Program-made: the position numbers and the translations under genes | In this document: positions 49,612 to 63,612 of the stretch, one piece after another | How the letters are laid out: each line of letters opens with the position of its first letter | Numbering within the stretch: position 1 is the stretch's first letter | Notes under the pieces: model-generated | Database searches by the model: none | What the model saw: only the letters and a program-made list of their open reading frames with translations | Told to the model about the DNA's origin: nothing | Assembly: GCA_964016885.1 (NCBI GenBank) | Contig: OZ024761.1 | Location: forward strand, 14,198,001-14,262,000 | DNA length: 64,000 nt | Direction of reading: 5' to 3' | From: Eledone cirrhosa | Lineage: Eukaryota

Positions 49612-49853
49612 AGATATGTATGCATGTGGGTGGACGTGTGCGTGTTGTGTTTGAATCTATGTTTATGCTTGTGTCTGTCTTTATGTCCCATGACATAGCA
49701 GTTTGACAAGAAAGAGCACAATAAAATGAGGACCAGATCTCAACCAAGATAAGTACCAGTGCCAATAAAATCAATATAAAAAAATAAAAATGAAAGGCAG
49801 TGCTCCAGCATGGCCGCAGTTTAATGACAGAAACCAGTTAAAGAATATCAGTA

Positions 49854-49885
<32 letters not shown>

Positions 49886-49917
49886 CAACAGCAGCAAAGG
49901 ATGAATGTAAGAGAGAC

Positions 49918-49977
<60 letters not shown>

Positions 49978-50183
49978 AAAGTACAACTCACCGCATCTTT
50001 ATAGTTTGAAAGAACTGACAACTGTATATGGAAGTAATTATATGTAAATATATGTAAATATATGTATATACATATATAGTGTGTATATGTTTGTATGTAA
50101 ATATGTAACAATTTCTATATGTATATAACTGTATTGAGGTATGTGGTATATATATTTAAATATATATATATATATATGGATGA

Positions 50184-50233
<50 letters not shown>

Positions 50234-50269
50234 ATGAATATGTATATATATATATATATATATGGATGA

Positions 50270-50301
<32 letters not shown>

Positions 50302-50571
50302 GGACGAATATGTATGTATATATATGGATGAATATGTATGTATATATATATATGGATATATATATATATATATATATATATGGATGGATCTATGTATGGG
50401 TATAGCTGTCAATCTATACCTTTATGCAGACATGTATTCTATATATATATAGATGTGTATACATATATACACATGTGTATATAATATATTCCCATACAAG
50501 GTAGGTCGGTGTATGAAAACAAAATTTCAATCAAATGGGTTAAGTATCACAGCTGCTACTGATGAACTCAG

Positions 50572-51990
50572 TGTAGTGGTGGTGGTGGTGGTGGTGGTGG
50601 TGGTGGTGTGGTGGTGTAGTGGTGGTGTGGTGGTGTTGGTGGTGTTATGGTGGTGAAGGTGGTGGTGGTGATGGTGGCGGCGGTGGTGGTGGTGGTGGTG
50701 GTGTGGTGGTGGTGGTGGTGGTGGTGGTGGTGAAGGTGGTGGTGGTGGTGGTGGTGTGGTGGTGGTGAAGGTGGTGGTGGTGGTGTGGTGGTGGTGGTGA
50801 TGGTGTTGGTGGTGGTGGTGTTATGGTGGTGAAGGTGGTGGTGGTGAAGGTGTTGGTGGTGTTATGGTGGTGAAGGTGGTGGTGGTGAAGGTGGTGGTGG
50901 TGGTGTTGGTGTTGTGGTGGTGAAGGTGGTGGTGGTAGTAGTGGTTGTGGTGGTGGTGGTGGTGGTGGTAGTGGTGGTGGTGGTGTGTTGTGGTGGTGGT
51001 GTTGTGGTGGTGAAGGTGGTGGTGGTGGTGGTGGTGTGGTGGTGGTGGTGAAGGTGGTGGTGGTGGTGGTGGTGGTGGTGGTGTTGTGGTGGTGATGGTG
51101 GTAGTGGTGGTGGTGGTGGTAGTAGTGTTGGTGTTGTTGTGGTGGTGGTAGTGGGGGTAGTAGTGTTGGTGTTGTTGTGGTGGTGGTGGTGGTAGTGGGG
51201 GTGGTATGGTGGTGGTGGTAGTAGTGGTGGTGGTGGTAGTAGTAGTGGTGGTAGTGGTGGTGGTGGTAGTGGTAGTAGTGGTGTTGGTGTTTGTAGTAGA
51301 TGTGGTGGTGGTGGTGGTGGTAGTAGTAATGGTGGTGGTGGTGTTTGTAGTAGATGTGGTGGTGGTGGTGGTAGTAGTAGTGGTGGTGGTGTTTGTAGTA
51401 GATGTGGTGGTAGTAGTAGTGGTGGTGGTGTTTGTAGTAGATCTGGTGGTGGTGGTGGTGGTAGTAGTAGTGGTGGTGGTGTTTGTAGTAGATGTGGTGG
51501 TGGTGGTGGTGGTGGTGGTGATAGTAGTAGTGGTGGTGGTGTTTGTAGTAGATATGGTGGTGGTGGTGGTGGTGGTAGTAGTAGTAGTGGTGGTGGTGTT
51601 TGTAGTAGATATGGTGGTGGTGGTGGTGGTGGTGGTAGTAGTAGTGGTGGTGGTGTTTGTAGTAGATCTGGTGGTGGTGGTGGTGGTAGTAGTAGTAGTG
51701 GTGGTGGTGTTTGTAGTAGATATGGTGGTGGTGGTGGTGGTAGTAGTAGTAGTGGTGGTGGTGTTTGTAGTAGATATGGTGGTGGTGGTGGTGGTAGTAG
51801 TAGTAGTGGTGGTGGTGTTTGTAGTAGATATGGTGGTGGTGGTGGTAGTAGTAGTGGTGGTGGTGTTTGTAGTAGATGTGGTGGTGGTGGTGGTGGTGGT
51901 GGTAGTAGTAGTGGTGGTGGTGTTTGTAGTAGATATGGTGGTGGTGGTGGTGGTGGTAGTAGTAGTGGTGGTGTTTGTAGTAGTTGTGGA

Positions 51991-52026
<36 letters not shown>

Positions 52027-52190
52027 GTTTGTAGTAGTGGTGGTAGCAGTAGCAGTAGTAGTTGTGGTGGCAGTGGTAGTAGTGGTGGTGCTGGTGCTGG
52101 TAGTGGTAGTAGTGGTAGTGATGATGGTGATGATGGAGGTATAGGTAGTGGTCATGGCATTATTGATGGTGGCAGTGGTGGTAGCAGTGG
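50572..52190. repeat. (GGT/AGT)n compound microsatellite with higher-order GTTTGTAGTAGAT unit
   Basis: Seen directly. Confidence 0.95.
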
Positions 52191-52400
52191 GGGGGGGGGG
52201 GGGGCATTGGTAGAGGTGGGGGTGTAGATTAAGTTTGTCTGCAGACACAGCACCAACTTGTGGGTCTACTATTTGGAATGTGCCTGTGTTTGGTGATGTG
52301 TGAGTGGGATATGTGTGTTGTACACACACAAACACTCACATACACACACACATATATATATATTTGTATTTTGGCACCTCTACTGTATTGTTTGTTCTTG

Positions 52401-52436
<36 letters not shown>

Positions 52437-52441
52437 ATATG

Positions 52442-52512
<71 letters not shown>

Positions 52513-52614
52513 ATATGTATGTATATATATATATATATATATATAAAATATTAAACAAATAATGAACAAACAATTCCTTATATTAAACAAAAAAAAAAAA
52601 AAAAAAAAAAAAAG

Positions 52615-52769
52615 TTCACTATTTAACGATCGTTTCTAGGGCATATATGTGTTATAATTGGTATGCATATTTAACAGATCTATGTACAAAATTATACAAA
52701 ATTATACAAATTATCAAGATTAAATATACATACCTAACTCATATATACGCCGTCTTCAGAAATAATGAA
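52615..52769 (-). ncRNA. Inverted copy of the family E hammerhead
   Basis: Reverse complement of 59033-59187. Confidence 0.7.
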
Positions 52770-53539
52770 GTATATTTATTGATAATAACAACAATTCAAA
52801 ATATCAGTTCAAAATTGACCAATGAAAACACAAAGGGTTAAAAAGCAGTTTGGTGTGTGTATATACATGTAAAACCCCACACACATTTTACAATAATGTG
52901 TGTATAATCTGTATGTGCATACTAAAAGGATGGATGCAAATAAAAAATTCAAGGTTAATATCTCTGTAAGCTTAATGCGCTGATAAGATACGCAATGATA
53001 CTTACGGAGTCAAGCATATAAATATATTTTTTTCATACTCACACATATCAGTATAATCACACATACATGTGCGTATATATATAAATATACACATAACCAC
53101 GAACACACAAACACACACACTCCCCCACTCACATTTATATATGTGGATATAAAATCATAAGCAAATAGAAATTAAGTCACTCACATAAACACACTGGTAC
53201 ACACATTTCAAGATCAAGATACAGAAATTAGGTGGGAGGGGGGGGGGGAGGGGTCAGTATTAGACTGTCAGACCAGACAACCTTAATATAAATGTATCTA
53301 TAAATTATGAAAAATAAAAAAATAAAAACAATAAAGTATAATACATATAATATAATGTACGTACGCATACAGATATACATACACATACATACATGTACGC
53401 GCACATAGAAATATCTATACATACATACATACACACATACCTATACTGTCATACACACACATACATTTACACGAACATACACATACACATATAAAAAGAT
53501 AAAAATACGGACACACACACGCGCAACACATACATACAT

Positions 53540-53588
<49 letters not shown>

Positions 53589-53707
53589 TATACACACACA
53601 CGTAGACTCATATATATATACACATACACAAACATACATTTATACACAAACATATATATCCCACACTCATACCACCATAAAAACACATACAAACATCCAG
53701 ATGTATA

Positions 53708-53750
<43 letters not shown>

Positions 53751-53794
53751 ACATACACACACGTACACACATATGTATATATACATACATATAT

Positions 53795-55711
53795 CCACAC
53801 TTCAACCTGAAAGATCACAAATCTAACTTTAATTCTAATCCTTCTATTAGACTTATATGTCCCTCCAAATCAGATATTGGAATAATTAGCAAAAAAATTT
53901 TAGATAGAGTCATCCCACAAATAAGAAAATACGTTATTTTACCACTCTGGGAAAACACCTCCCAGGTAATTAATTGGTTTAAAAATATTAGGTGTAAATC
54001 TTCTGCTTCTTTCCTACAGTTTGATATAGATAATTATTATTCTTCTATATCACCCATACTCCTGAACAAAGCATTAATATTTGCTAAAAATAGATCTAGT
54101 TTAACTTCGGATGACATTAACATTATTACACATGCTAGACAAACACTTATTGAATTTCAGAATGAATACTGGACCAGAAACACTTATAGTAATCTTTTTG
54201 ATATTACTATGGGTTCAAGCGATTCTGCCCAAATTACTGATCTTGTGGGCCTCTTTCTCCTTTTCAACATAAATGCCTCTTTTCCCCACCTCAAAGGTGG
54301 TTTATATCGTGATGACTGTCTTCTTCTTTCTAACAACCTTAGCCTTTCAGAAATAGAAAAAAACAAAAAGCATATTAGAACTTTCCTTAAAGACTATTAT
54401 AATCTTAATATTACTTTTGAAAAAACAAGTAAAGTAGTAAATTTCCTAGATATAACTTTAGATTTAGCTACGGGTATATACCAACCTTACCATAAACCTA
54501 ACCAAAACTTACATTACATACACTCACAATCTAATCACCCTAAATCTATCCTTAAAAACCTTGCATATAATATATCACTTAGAATTTCTAACCTTTCTTC
54601 TAACCAAGATGTATTTGATAAAAATGCGACCTTTTATAATGAAGCTCTAGATAGAAGTGGCCACAAAAATAGATTAGAGTATATACCTTCTACTAAAAAT
54701 ACTGAAAGCATACAGCATAATATTACCAACAAACACCAAATGAAAAGTACACACCTAAATGCCACCCACAGTATACCCCAAAATACTAAATCTTTTAATA
54801 TAAAGTATAGTAACCCTCAAAAAACTACTCATCATAAGACTATAATAAATATTAATAATAAAACTCCTAATAAAAAAGATAAAACACCTAAATCTACAAA
54901 TATAACTAAAAATAGTTGTGGTGAGATCATTAACATTATTCCTCCTAGTAAAAATCATGATACAACATATAAAAATAATAAAAATAATAAACAACATAGA
55001 AACCGTAATAGACGAGTTACTTGGTATAACGCTCCTTTTAATTTACAAGTTAAGGATAATATTGCTAAAAAATTTTTTTATATCCTTGAGAAAAACTTCC
55101 CGCCAAACCACAAATACCATCAAATCTTAAATAGGTCTACAGTTAAATTCTCATATTCTACAACAAATAACATAAAACAAAATATAAGTGCATATAATGC
55201 ATATAAATGTAAGAAAACTATAAGTATACCACCAGTACATCAAATTAACAATAATATCTCCTCAAATACAGAATTAACGAAAGGATGTAACTGTAGAAAC
55301 AAAACAAACTGCCCATTAAAAGGGAATTGTCTTGTTAACAACATAGTCTATAAATGTAATGTTAAAACTAAAGATTCTATTTGCTCATATATAGGAGCTA
55401 CCTCTAACAATTTTAAGACAAGATATAATACCCACAAACATAGCTTTAAAAATGCCGCACTGGCTAATACAACATCTCTAGCAGAAAAAATCAATAGTTA
55501 TAAAAATAAAAATATAAAATATGATTTGACCTGGAGTGTGCTCAAAAGAGCCACCCCTTATCAAAATAATAGAAAGGAATGTAGATTATGTTCCCAAGAA
55601 CTATTTGAAATAATGAAGTCTAGGGATATCTTATTAAATAAAAGACAGGAATTAATTATATCGTGTAATCATAAACTAAAAAAAACATTTAAATATTATA
55701 AACCTAATTAA
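53795..55711 (+). CDS. PLE reverse transcriptase with C-terminal GIY-YIG endonuclease (no native start; first ~28 aa of the ORF-track entry are microsatellite)
   Basis: LKDHK..F...P..RLI.P.KS.IG, FDIDNYYSSI, MGSSDSAQITDL, YRDD, FLDITLDL, CNC..CPL.G.CL, VYKC/YIGAT..FKTRY..H, CRLC, LLNKRQE..SC.H. Confidence 0.93.
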   Translation, partial: PHFNLKDHKSNFNSNPSIRLICPSKSDIGIISKKILDRVIPQIRKYVILPLWENTSQVINWFKNIRCKSSASFLQFDIDNYYSSISPILLNKALIFAKNRSSLTSDDINIITHARQTLIEFQNEYWTRNTYSNLFDITMGSSDSAQITDLVGLFLLFNINASFPHLKGGLYRDDCLLLSNNLSLSEIEKNKKHIRTFLKDYYNLNITFEKTSKVVNFLDITLDLATGIYQPYHKPNQNLHYIHSQSNHPKSILKNLAYNISLRISNLSSNQDVFDKNATFYNEALDRSGHKNRLEYIPSTKNTESIQHNITNKHQMKSTHLNATHSIPQNTKSFNIKYSNPQKTTHHKTIININNKTPNKKDKTPKSTNITKNSCGEIINIIPPSKNHDTTYKNNKNNKQHRNRNRRVTWYNAPFNLQVKDNIAKKFFYILEKNFPPNHKYHQILNRSTVKFSYSTTNNIKQNISAYNAYKCKKTISIPPVHQINNNISSNTELTKGCNCRNKTNCPLKGNCLVNNIVYKCNVKTKDSICSYIGATSNNFKTRYNTHKHSFKNAALANTTSLAEKINSYKNKNIKYDLTWSVLKRATPYQNNRKECRLCSQELFEIMKSRDILLNKRQELIISCNHKLKKTFKYYKPN

Positions 55712-55933
55712 TAACATTATTCTAGAATTTAATTTAATTTAAATGTTAGTTAACCTATAAATTTAATTTAATTAATATTTTATTACAGATGTGAAAATTT
55801 TATGTAATCATTAATTTTGAAAAACCTTTAAATATTACTAATAATATATATTCAGTAATTTAATTTATAGATTAATTTTAACTTATTTTAACCTTTTATT
55901 ATAATTTTTTAATTTAGTTTAACCTTTTATTAT

Positions 55934-55987
<54 letters not shown>

Positions 55988-57487
55988 TTTATTATAATTC
56001 TTTTACAGATAAAATATAACAAAATAATATCATGTATCCTATGACGGAGAAAGAATTTTTAGTATTATTGACTTAATTAATATACATTTTGGAAATATAT
56101 TTATTATTTGGTTTTAGCTTTAATCAACCTAAAACTTTAATTTTAACTTTAATTTGCTTAAAATTAGTATCATTGTACAGACAAATTGCAGAATGTCATG
56201 TAATCATAGAATGGGAGGTGTTTTTGGATATATACCTAGTTAATATATTCTGTGCAAATTTTTTGAAAAAGATATGTATATCTATATGTATATGTATATG
56301 TGTGTGTTGTACGTGTATCTGTATGTATATTTATGTGACTATATATGTATGTATGTGTATATATATGTATATATATATATATATATGTGTATGTATATGT
56401 ATAGGTAGTTGTATGTGTATGTATATGTATATGTGTGCGTATTAATTTTGATTTTTATTTGCATATAATTATATTATGCTATTGATGAAATACAATATCT
56501 GCTTTATGTATTGTATACATAATTAACATATACTAATTAACATATACTATTGAAATAAATATATAATTTTTAACTTAGTTAACATATAATTTATATGCTA
56601 CTACCGATGTAATACTTTATTTTATTTTTATTTTTATTTGGGTTTCTTTTCCCTATTCATCTCCTAATATTGATACCATAACGTTATTAACTTTAATTTA
56701 GTTATAATGTAATTAATAATCTACTACTGTTTGACTTCATAATTCTGCCTCAAATATTATAAACCTAACTAATTTACACCTTGGAAATCAATATGTTGAC
56801 TATCTTTGGTTTAGTTGACATATGATTAATAGTATATTTTTTTATTTTGTGATGCATAGATTTCGTATTTCCTAGCACTGAAAATATGTTAGGAACATAC
56901 ATTGAATTAAGATATGGAAAATATTATATGTTTCTTGAAACATATATTTACTTTGATCCCCTTCTCCATACCCCCCCTTTCCCCCATACTATTATCATCT
57001 GTTTTTGTAAGTGTATATGTATGAATATATGTGTAGATGGGTGTCTATATAGTTTTTTTTGGTATTTATTTCTAAATATAAAAATACATATATGAGCATG
57101 TAAATATGAATGTAAGATTGAGTGTGTATATATGATTGTACATACATATATATGTATATATATGTATATATATGTATTATATATGTACGTGTATGTGAAT
57201 GTGTGATATGTATATGTGTATGTATATGTATATATGTGTGTGTATGTGTATGCTTGTATATAGGAATATATATGTGTGTATATATGTATATATATGTATA
57301 TGCGTGTTTGTATGTATGTGTATATGGGTTCTGTATATATTTGTATGTCTCTCTATTTATATGTTTATCTTCGTATCTATGTGGTATATGTGTGTGTGTG
57401 TGTGCGTATGCATATGTATGAGTTTGTGTGTGTTTGTATGTGTGTGTGTATGTATATATATATGTATTGGCGCACACTCACATACAC

Positions 57488-57520
<33 letters not shown>

Positions 57521-57549
57521 AGTGTGTATGTGTGTCTGTATGTGTGTGC

Positions 57550-57587
<38 letters not shown>

Positions 57588-57617
57588 GTGTATGTATGTG
57601 TATGTGTGTGTATATAG

Positions 57618-57649
<32 letters not shown>

Positions 57650-57798
57650 GTGTATATAGGTGTCTATGTGTGAATATATGTCTTTATTCGTATGTGTGTA
57701 TTTATATATGTTTATATTTAGGTGTATGTATGTATGTGTATGTATGTATGTATGTGTATGTGTGTGTATGTATATGTGTATATGTGTGTATATATATG

Positions 57799-57829
<31 letters not shown>

Positions 57830-58050
57830 TATTCTTTATTATTATTGTAATATAACTTATGTGTATATGTGTATAAGTGAGGTTGTGTATGTATATATAC
57901 TATGTGTATATATAAGAGTAATGAAATATATATATATATATATATATATGTGTGCATGTCTGTATTTTATGTGTGTGTGTGGATATATATATATGTGTAT
58001 GTGTGTATATATGTATGTATATATACATATGTGTGTACGTGTGTGTATGT

Positions 58051-58093
<43 letters not shown>

Positions 58094-58212
58094 TATACAT
58101 CTGGATGTTTGTATGTGTTTTTATGGTGGTATGAGTGTGGGATATATATGTTTGTGTATAAATGTATGTTTGTGTATGTGTATATATATATGAGTCTACG
58201 TGTGTGTGTATA

Positions 58213-58263
<51 letters not shown>

Positions 58264-59032
58264 ATGTATGTATGTGTTGCGCGTGTGTGTGTCCGTATTT
58301 TTATCTTTTTATATGTGTATGTGTATGTTCGTGTAAATGTATGTGTGTGTATGACAGTATAGGTATGTGTGTATGTATGTATGTATAGATATTTCTATGT
58401 GCGCGTACATGTATGTATGTGTATGTATATCTGTATGCGTACGTACATTATATTATATGTATTATACTTTATTGTTTTTATTTTTTTTATTTTTCATAAT
58501 TTATAGATACATTTATATTAAGGTTGTCTGGTCTGACAGTCTAATACTGACCCCTCCCCCCCCCTCCCACCTAATTTCTGTATCTTGATCTTGAAATGTG
58601 TGTACCAGCGTGTTTATGTGAGTGACTTAATTTCTATTTGCTTATGATTTTATATCCACATATATAAATGTGAGTGGGGGAGTGTGTGTGTTTGTGTGTT
58701 CGTGGTTATGTGTATATTTATATATATACGCACATGTATGTGTGATTATACTGATATGTGTGAGTATGAAAAAAATATATTTATATGCTTGACTCCGTAA
58801 GTATCATTGCGTATCTTATCAGCGCATTAAGCTTACAGAGATATTAACCTTGAATTTTTTATTTGCATCCATCTTTTTAGTATGCACATACAGATTATAC
58901 ACACATTATTGTAAAATGTGTGTGGGGTTTTACATGTATATACACACACCAAACTGCTTTTTAACCCTTTGTGTTTTCATTGGTCAATTTTGAACTGATA
59001 TTTTGAATTGTTGTTATTATCAATAAATATAC

Positions 59033-59187
59033 TTCATTATTTCTGAAGACGGCGTATATATGAGTTAGGTATGTATATTTAATCTTGATAATTTGTATAA
59101 TTTTGTATAATTTTGTACATAGATCTGTTAAATATGCATACCAATTATAACACATATATGCCCTAGAAACGATCGTTAAATAGTGAA
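59033..59187 (+). ncRNA. Type I hammerhead ribozyme motif (family E) in the PLE 3' repeat
   Basis: Stem I TTCATTATTT/AAATAGTGAA; CTGAAGA; stem II GGCGTATAT../..ATATATGCC with ~90 nt insert and imperfect closure; GAAAC-GATC-GTT. Confidence 0.7.
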
Positions 59188-59374
59188 CTTTTTTTTTGTT
59201 TAATATAAGGAATTGTTTGTTCATTATTTGTTTAATATTTTATCTTGACTCTGTATACCGTTTATCTTTCACCGAAATTGGATTTTCATTACATCTCTTC
59301 TTTCCATGATATCCGGAATACATTGAGTTCTTCATACGGATTGGACACTACCGTAAACTCTTGGTAGATTTATC

Positions 59375-59417
<43 letters not shown>

Positions 59418-59418
59418 G

Positions 59419-59491
<73 letters not shown>

Positions 59492-60249
59492 ATATGTATG
59501 TATATATATATATATATAATTTCATTTTACGTCCGTTTTTTCCCTGCTTGCAAGGGTGGGACGGGAACTGATTCTGGCTTGATTTCTACAGCTGGATGCC
59601 CTTCCTAACACCAACCTCATTTACAGTGAGTGCTGGGTGCTTTTTTGCAGTGGCGCCTCCAGTGCTCGTGATTTTTGCTCTAGAGCAAAAATCACGAGCA
59701 CTCTATCTCAAAATTTTTTTTGAAAAGCATTAGAAATGCGCAACCGGTAAAAACTTAAAACTAAAACTGAATACTAACTAATACTTATTACTAATTAAAC
59801 TATTTTTCACTGGGAAAAATTTGGCAGCATTTTCTTTTCCTTTTTACTAATATATATATTTGAATTCAGAAAGTAAAGGGCCATAACGCTATGCTTGCAA
59901 AGCATGTTGTCTGACGCTCTACCTGTACTGCCAATCCACCAATAATGGTGATGATGATGATGATGATAAATAAAAATGCGAATTTCCGAAAATCACAAGA
60001 AAAAGTAAAATAAAACAAAACAAAAAAGATAAAATATATGAATAAAACAATGTTTAATTATGTTAAATTTTACTTAAAAATTGCCCCCCCCCCCTCTCCT
60101 CAATCTCATATACCTCACCTGTGCCATGCAAAACAAATCTAGACCTGTTATCTTACTGTATATTATGTTTTTCTTACTTCTGATAATGAAGGAGTAGAGA
60201 GTTTGTTAAGTAATTGTTAAATAAGTATATATATATATATATATATATA

Positions 60250-62095
60250 TATCATCATCATCAGCATCATCATCAACGTTTAACGTCCATGTTCCACGCT
60301 TGCATGGGTTTGGACGGGGGTAGTCCCACTTGAGGCAAGAGTGATTGTCTTGCTCGCATAGGACTATCTGGCAGGTTTTCTACAGTTGGATGCCCTTCCT
60401 AACACCAACCACATTTACAGTGTGGGTCTGGGAGGTTTTTACCGTGTTGCCTACACGGCCACATTACAGCGTGGACTGTGTGTTTTTTTGTCGTGACACC
60501 TACACGATCTCATTTGTTTCGGCCTGGATGGCGTGGCACCAACATAACTTTACATAGAACGGGGTGGTGTGGGGGTGGGGGTGGTGGGACGGGGTGTATT
60601 TTGTTAGAGATGCCTACTGGCTGTAGTAGGTTTTACTATGTATTTAGGTAAGGCGGGTCTTCTCTGTTACTGAATACCGCCAAAGGTCTCGGTCCAGTGA
60701 CATTGTCTTGGAGAGGTGTAAGTGTGTGATGTCGGAGTTTATCAGCTCGTCCCAGGTTTTTCTAGGTCTGCCTATTCCGTGGCTACCGTCTATCTTTATT
60801 GCCCTGCACTTTGTTATACAGCTATTGACTTTCATGCGCATCACGTGTCCATACCAACGTAGCCTTCTCTCGAGTAAACAACATCTGATCCCTCTTATTT
60901 CTAATTTTTTCCTTAGTTCGTTTATGCTTTGTCGTTCACGTATATTACTGTTACACATCCAGCGGAGCATGCAAGCTTCGTTTCTCTCTAGTCTGCGTAT
61001 ATCCTCTGCACACAATGCCCAGGTCTCACTGCCATGCAACATTGCTGTTCGTATGCAGGCATCGTACAACCTGCCTTTCATTTTTAGGGAGAACCCTTTA
61101 GCAGCTAATAGTGGTATAAGCTCTCTGAACTTTTTCCAACCAGTTCTGACTCTAGCTACTGTACTTTCAGAGCACCCTCCCCCACTGCTGATTTTATCGC
61201 CCAGGTAACGGAAGTTGTCCACTATTTCTATAGAACCCACTGCGCAATTGAAAGAGCTAGTATTTTGTGGGCACTTGCTGCTACTTATTGCACCAGAGCA
61301 CCGGCCACATGTAAAATCTATGTTCTTAGTTAGCTTACCTGTGATCCCACTACATCTTTTATGCACCCATACTTTGCATTTAGGACATAAAATGGAGTTT
61401 CTACCTACGCCTTTCCTACACACCGAGCACGACCATTTCCCAGAAAGGACCGCCGCCTTATTTTCTTTCCTACAAACTAGAACTTTAGTCTTAGCCAGGT
61501 TAATTTTAAGTCCTTTTGATTCTAGGCCGTGCTTCCATGTTTGGAATTTCTTCTCTAGCTCGGCCATTGATTCCGCTATGAGTGTCAGGTCGTCTGCGTA
61601 TAGGAGTTCCCATGGGCAGCCGGTCTTGAACTCCTCTGTTATAGCCTGAAGGGCAATAATAAATAGTAGGGGGCTGAGAACAGAGCCCTGATGGACGCCA
61701 ACTTTTACGCTAAACTCTTCACTATATTCGTTGTTAATTCTAACCTTGCTGACTGTTTCTTTATACATGGCTTGTATAGCCCTCACAAGCCATTCGTCAA
61801 CGCCTAGTTTTCTAAGAGCCCACCAGATAATGGAGCGGGGGACTCTGTCGAAGGCTTTCTCCAAGTCGACAAAAGCTAAGTAGGGGGGTTTACCTTTAGC
61901 TAGGTACTTCTCCTGTAGTTGTCGTACAATGAAAAGAGCGTCTGTGGTACTTTTGCCTGACACAAACCCGAACTGCATTTCATCTAGGTCAATTCTCTCT
62001 GATTAGTTGCGCTATTACTTTTTCCGTGACCTCCATGATTTGGTCGATTAACTTAATGCCTCTATAGTTACTCCTATCTAGGGCGTCTCCTTTAC
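60250..62095 (-). mobile_element. 5'-truncated RTE-clade LINE with RT ORF 60644-61978 and 3' UTR
   Basis: Same RT motifs; same family as 10866-12960. Confidence 0.95.
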
Positions 62096-62133
<38 letters not shown>

Positions 62134-62412
62134 TGAGAGAGAGAGATATATACATAGACACACACACACACACACACTCTCTTTCTCACAAACATACACC
62201 CACACACACGTATATATATATATGTCCAACCATTTTCATTGCTATGGCAATGCGGTTGGACTGCCGATCGCTATATTTGATTTGCAAAGCTGTCTAAACA
62301 TATTGTTATTACTCTGGGGTATTATTCTCTATCGAGTGCTAAAGGTACATTCCGAATTTGCATTCGTTAGCCTAGTCGCAGCCTAAAGCTTTGTTAATGT
62401 TGTACTAAAATT

Positions 62413-62453
<41 letters not shown>

Positions 62454-63149
62454 CATTTCATTTTCATTGCATTTCATTTTACGTCCACTTTTCCCTGCTT
62501 GCAAGGGTGGGACGGGAACTGATTCTGGCTTGATTTCTACAGCTCGATGCCCTTCCTAACACCAACCTCATTTACAGTGAGTGCTGGGTGCTTTTTTGCC
62601 GTGGCACCTCCACGACCACTTTGCAGTGGAATGATAGGAACCCCAGTCCCTATCATCTCATTTCTACAGCTGAGTAAACTGGAGCAATGTGAAATAAAGT
62701 GTCTTGCTCAAGGAAACAACACATCACCCGGTCTGAGAATTGAACTCACAACCTTTCGATTGCAAGGCCAATGCTCTAACCACTAAGCCATGTGCCTCCA
62801 TATATATATGTATATCTAAGTCTAAAGTCTGTCTTAAGCTGGAAGGCTCATTTGGCTGGTGCTTATCTCGGTTTGATGGCGTGAAGCAAATGACAGTACA
62901 AAACTCACCCCTGGACAGGATGCCAGTCCATTGCAGGGTTAAACCTCCAGCTATTGCTGGAACTCATTTTCAGCTGAGTCTACTGGAACAACGTGAAATG
63001 AAGTGTGTTGCTGAAGAACACAACACACAACCCAGTCTAGCAATCAAACCCACAACATTATGATTGGAAGTCCAACACACTTACCATTAGGCCATGTGCG
63101 TGTATAAACATGTATGTGTATAAACATACTTGTATGTGTATAAACAGCC

Positions 63150-63612
63150 ATTGGCACCTCACCCGGCAAGAAGCAGCAACTGCTAAAGTACCTTTTCAGC
63201 TGTGAAAACCTTTTGCTATTATGCTGCACAACTGTGATCTCGCTGACCCTCTCACAATGTGGAGCAACCACTGCAAAAGTCTAGCTGAGGACATCCGCCA
63301 CCACACTCACAGACACAATCCAAATGTAAAATACGATGTCGTTTTCAATGAGGCGCTCATTTGTCTTGAAAACAGTGTCCTGGAGATTGGTGTTAGGCCT
63401 CTAAGTCACTACAGCTTACTTGTGCCTGACAGGAGTGTCCAGAGGTCAACATCTACAGAGCTTCTCTGCGAGACGAGTTACGAGATCAATGATTCTCCCA
63501 TGGTCAATTGTATGTAGGATACTCTAGGATGACCTCGCCAAACAATCTCTTCATCTTTGCTCCGGAGGACTGAACAAAAAATATTGTATACTCTGAGGCT
63601 CTAACAATGTAA
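63150..63612 (+). mobile_element. Internally deleted Helitron RepHel remnant
   Basis: DPL.MW......LAEDI, NEAL..LE, then SHGQLYVG.SR. Confidence 0.7.

Larger units (their letters stand above)
52543..59378 (+). mobile_element. Penelope-like retroelement (Naiad-type), 5'-truncated, with an inverted copy of its 3' region upstream
   Basis: RT + GIY-YIG ORF; long 3' region with a hammerhead motif; 52543-53790 is the reverse complement of ~58005-59243; (TA)n flanks. Confidence 0.9.

Noticed and set aside
50821-52335. Mucin-like Thr-rich ORF (also the 43244-43897 and 5381-6028 low-complexity ORFs)
   Set aside because: Trinucleotide repeats are open on both strands; no signal peptide or supportable splice structure
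56030-56090. SECIS element downstream of the PLE ORF
   Set aside because: ATGA is present, but there is no convincing stem with a paired GA, and the ORF has no in-frame TGA
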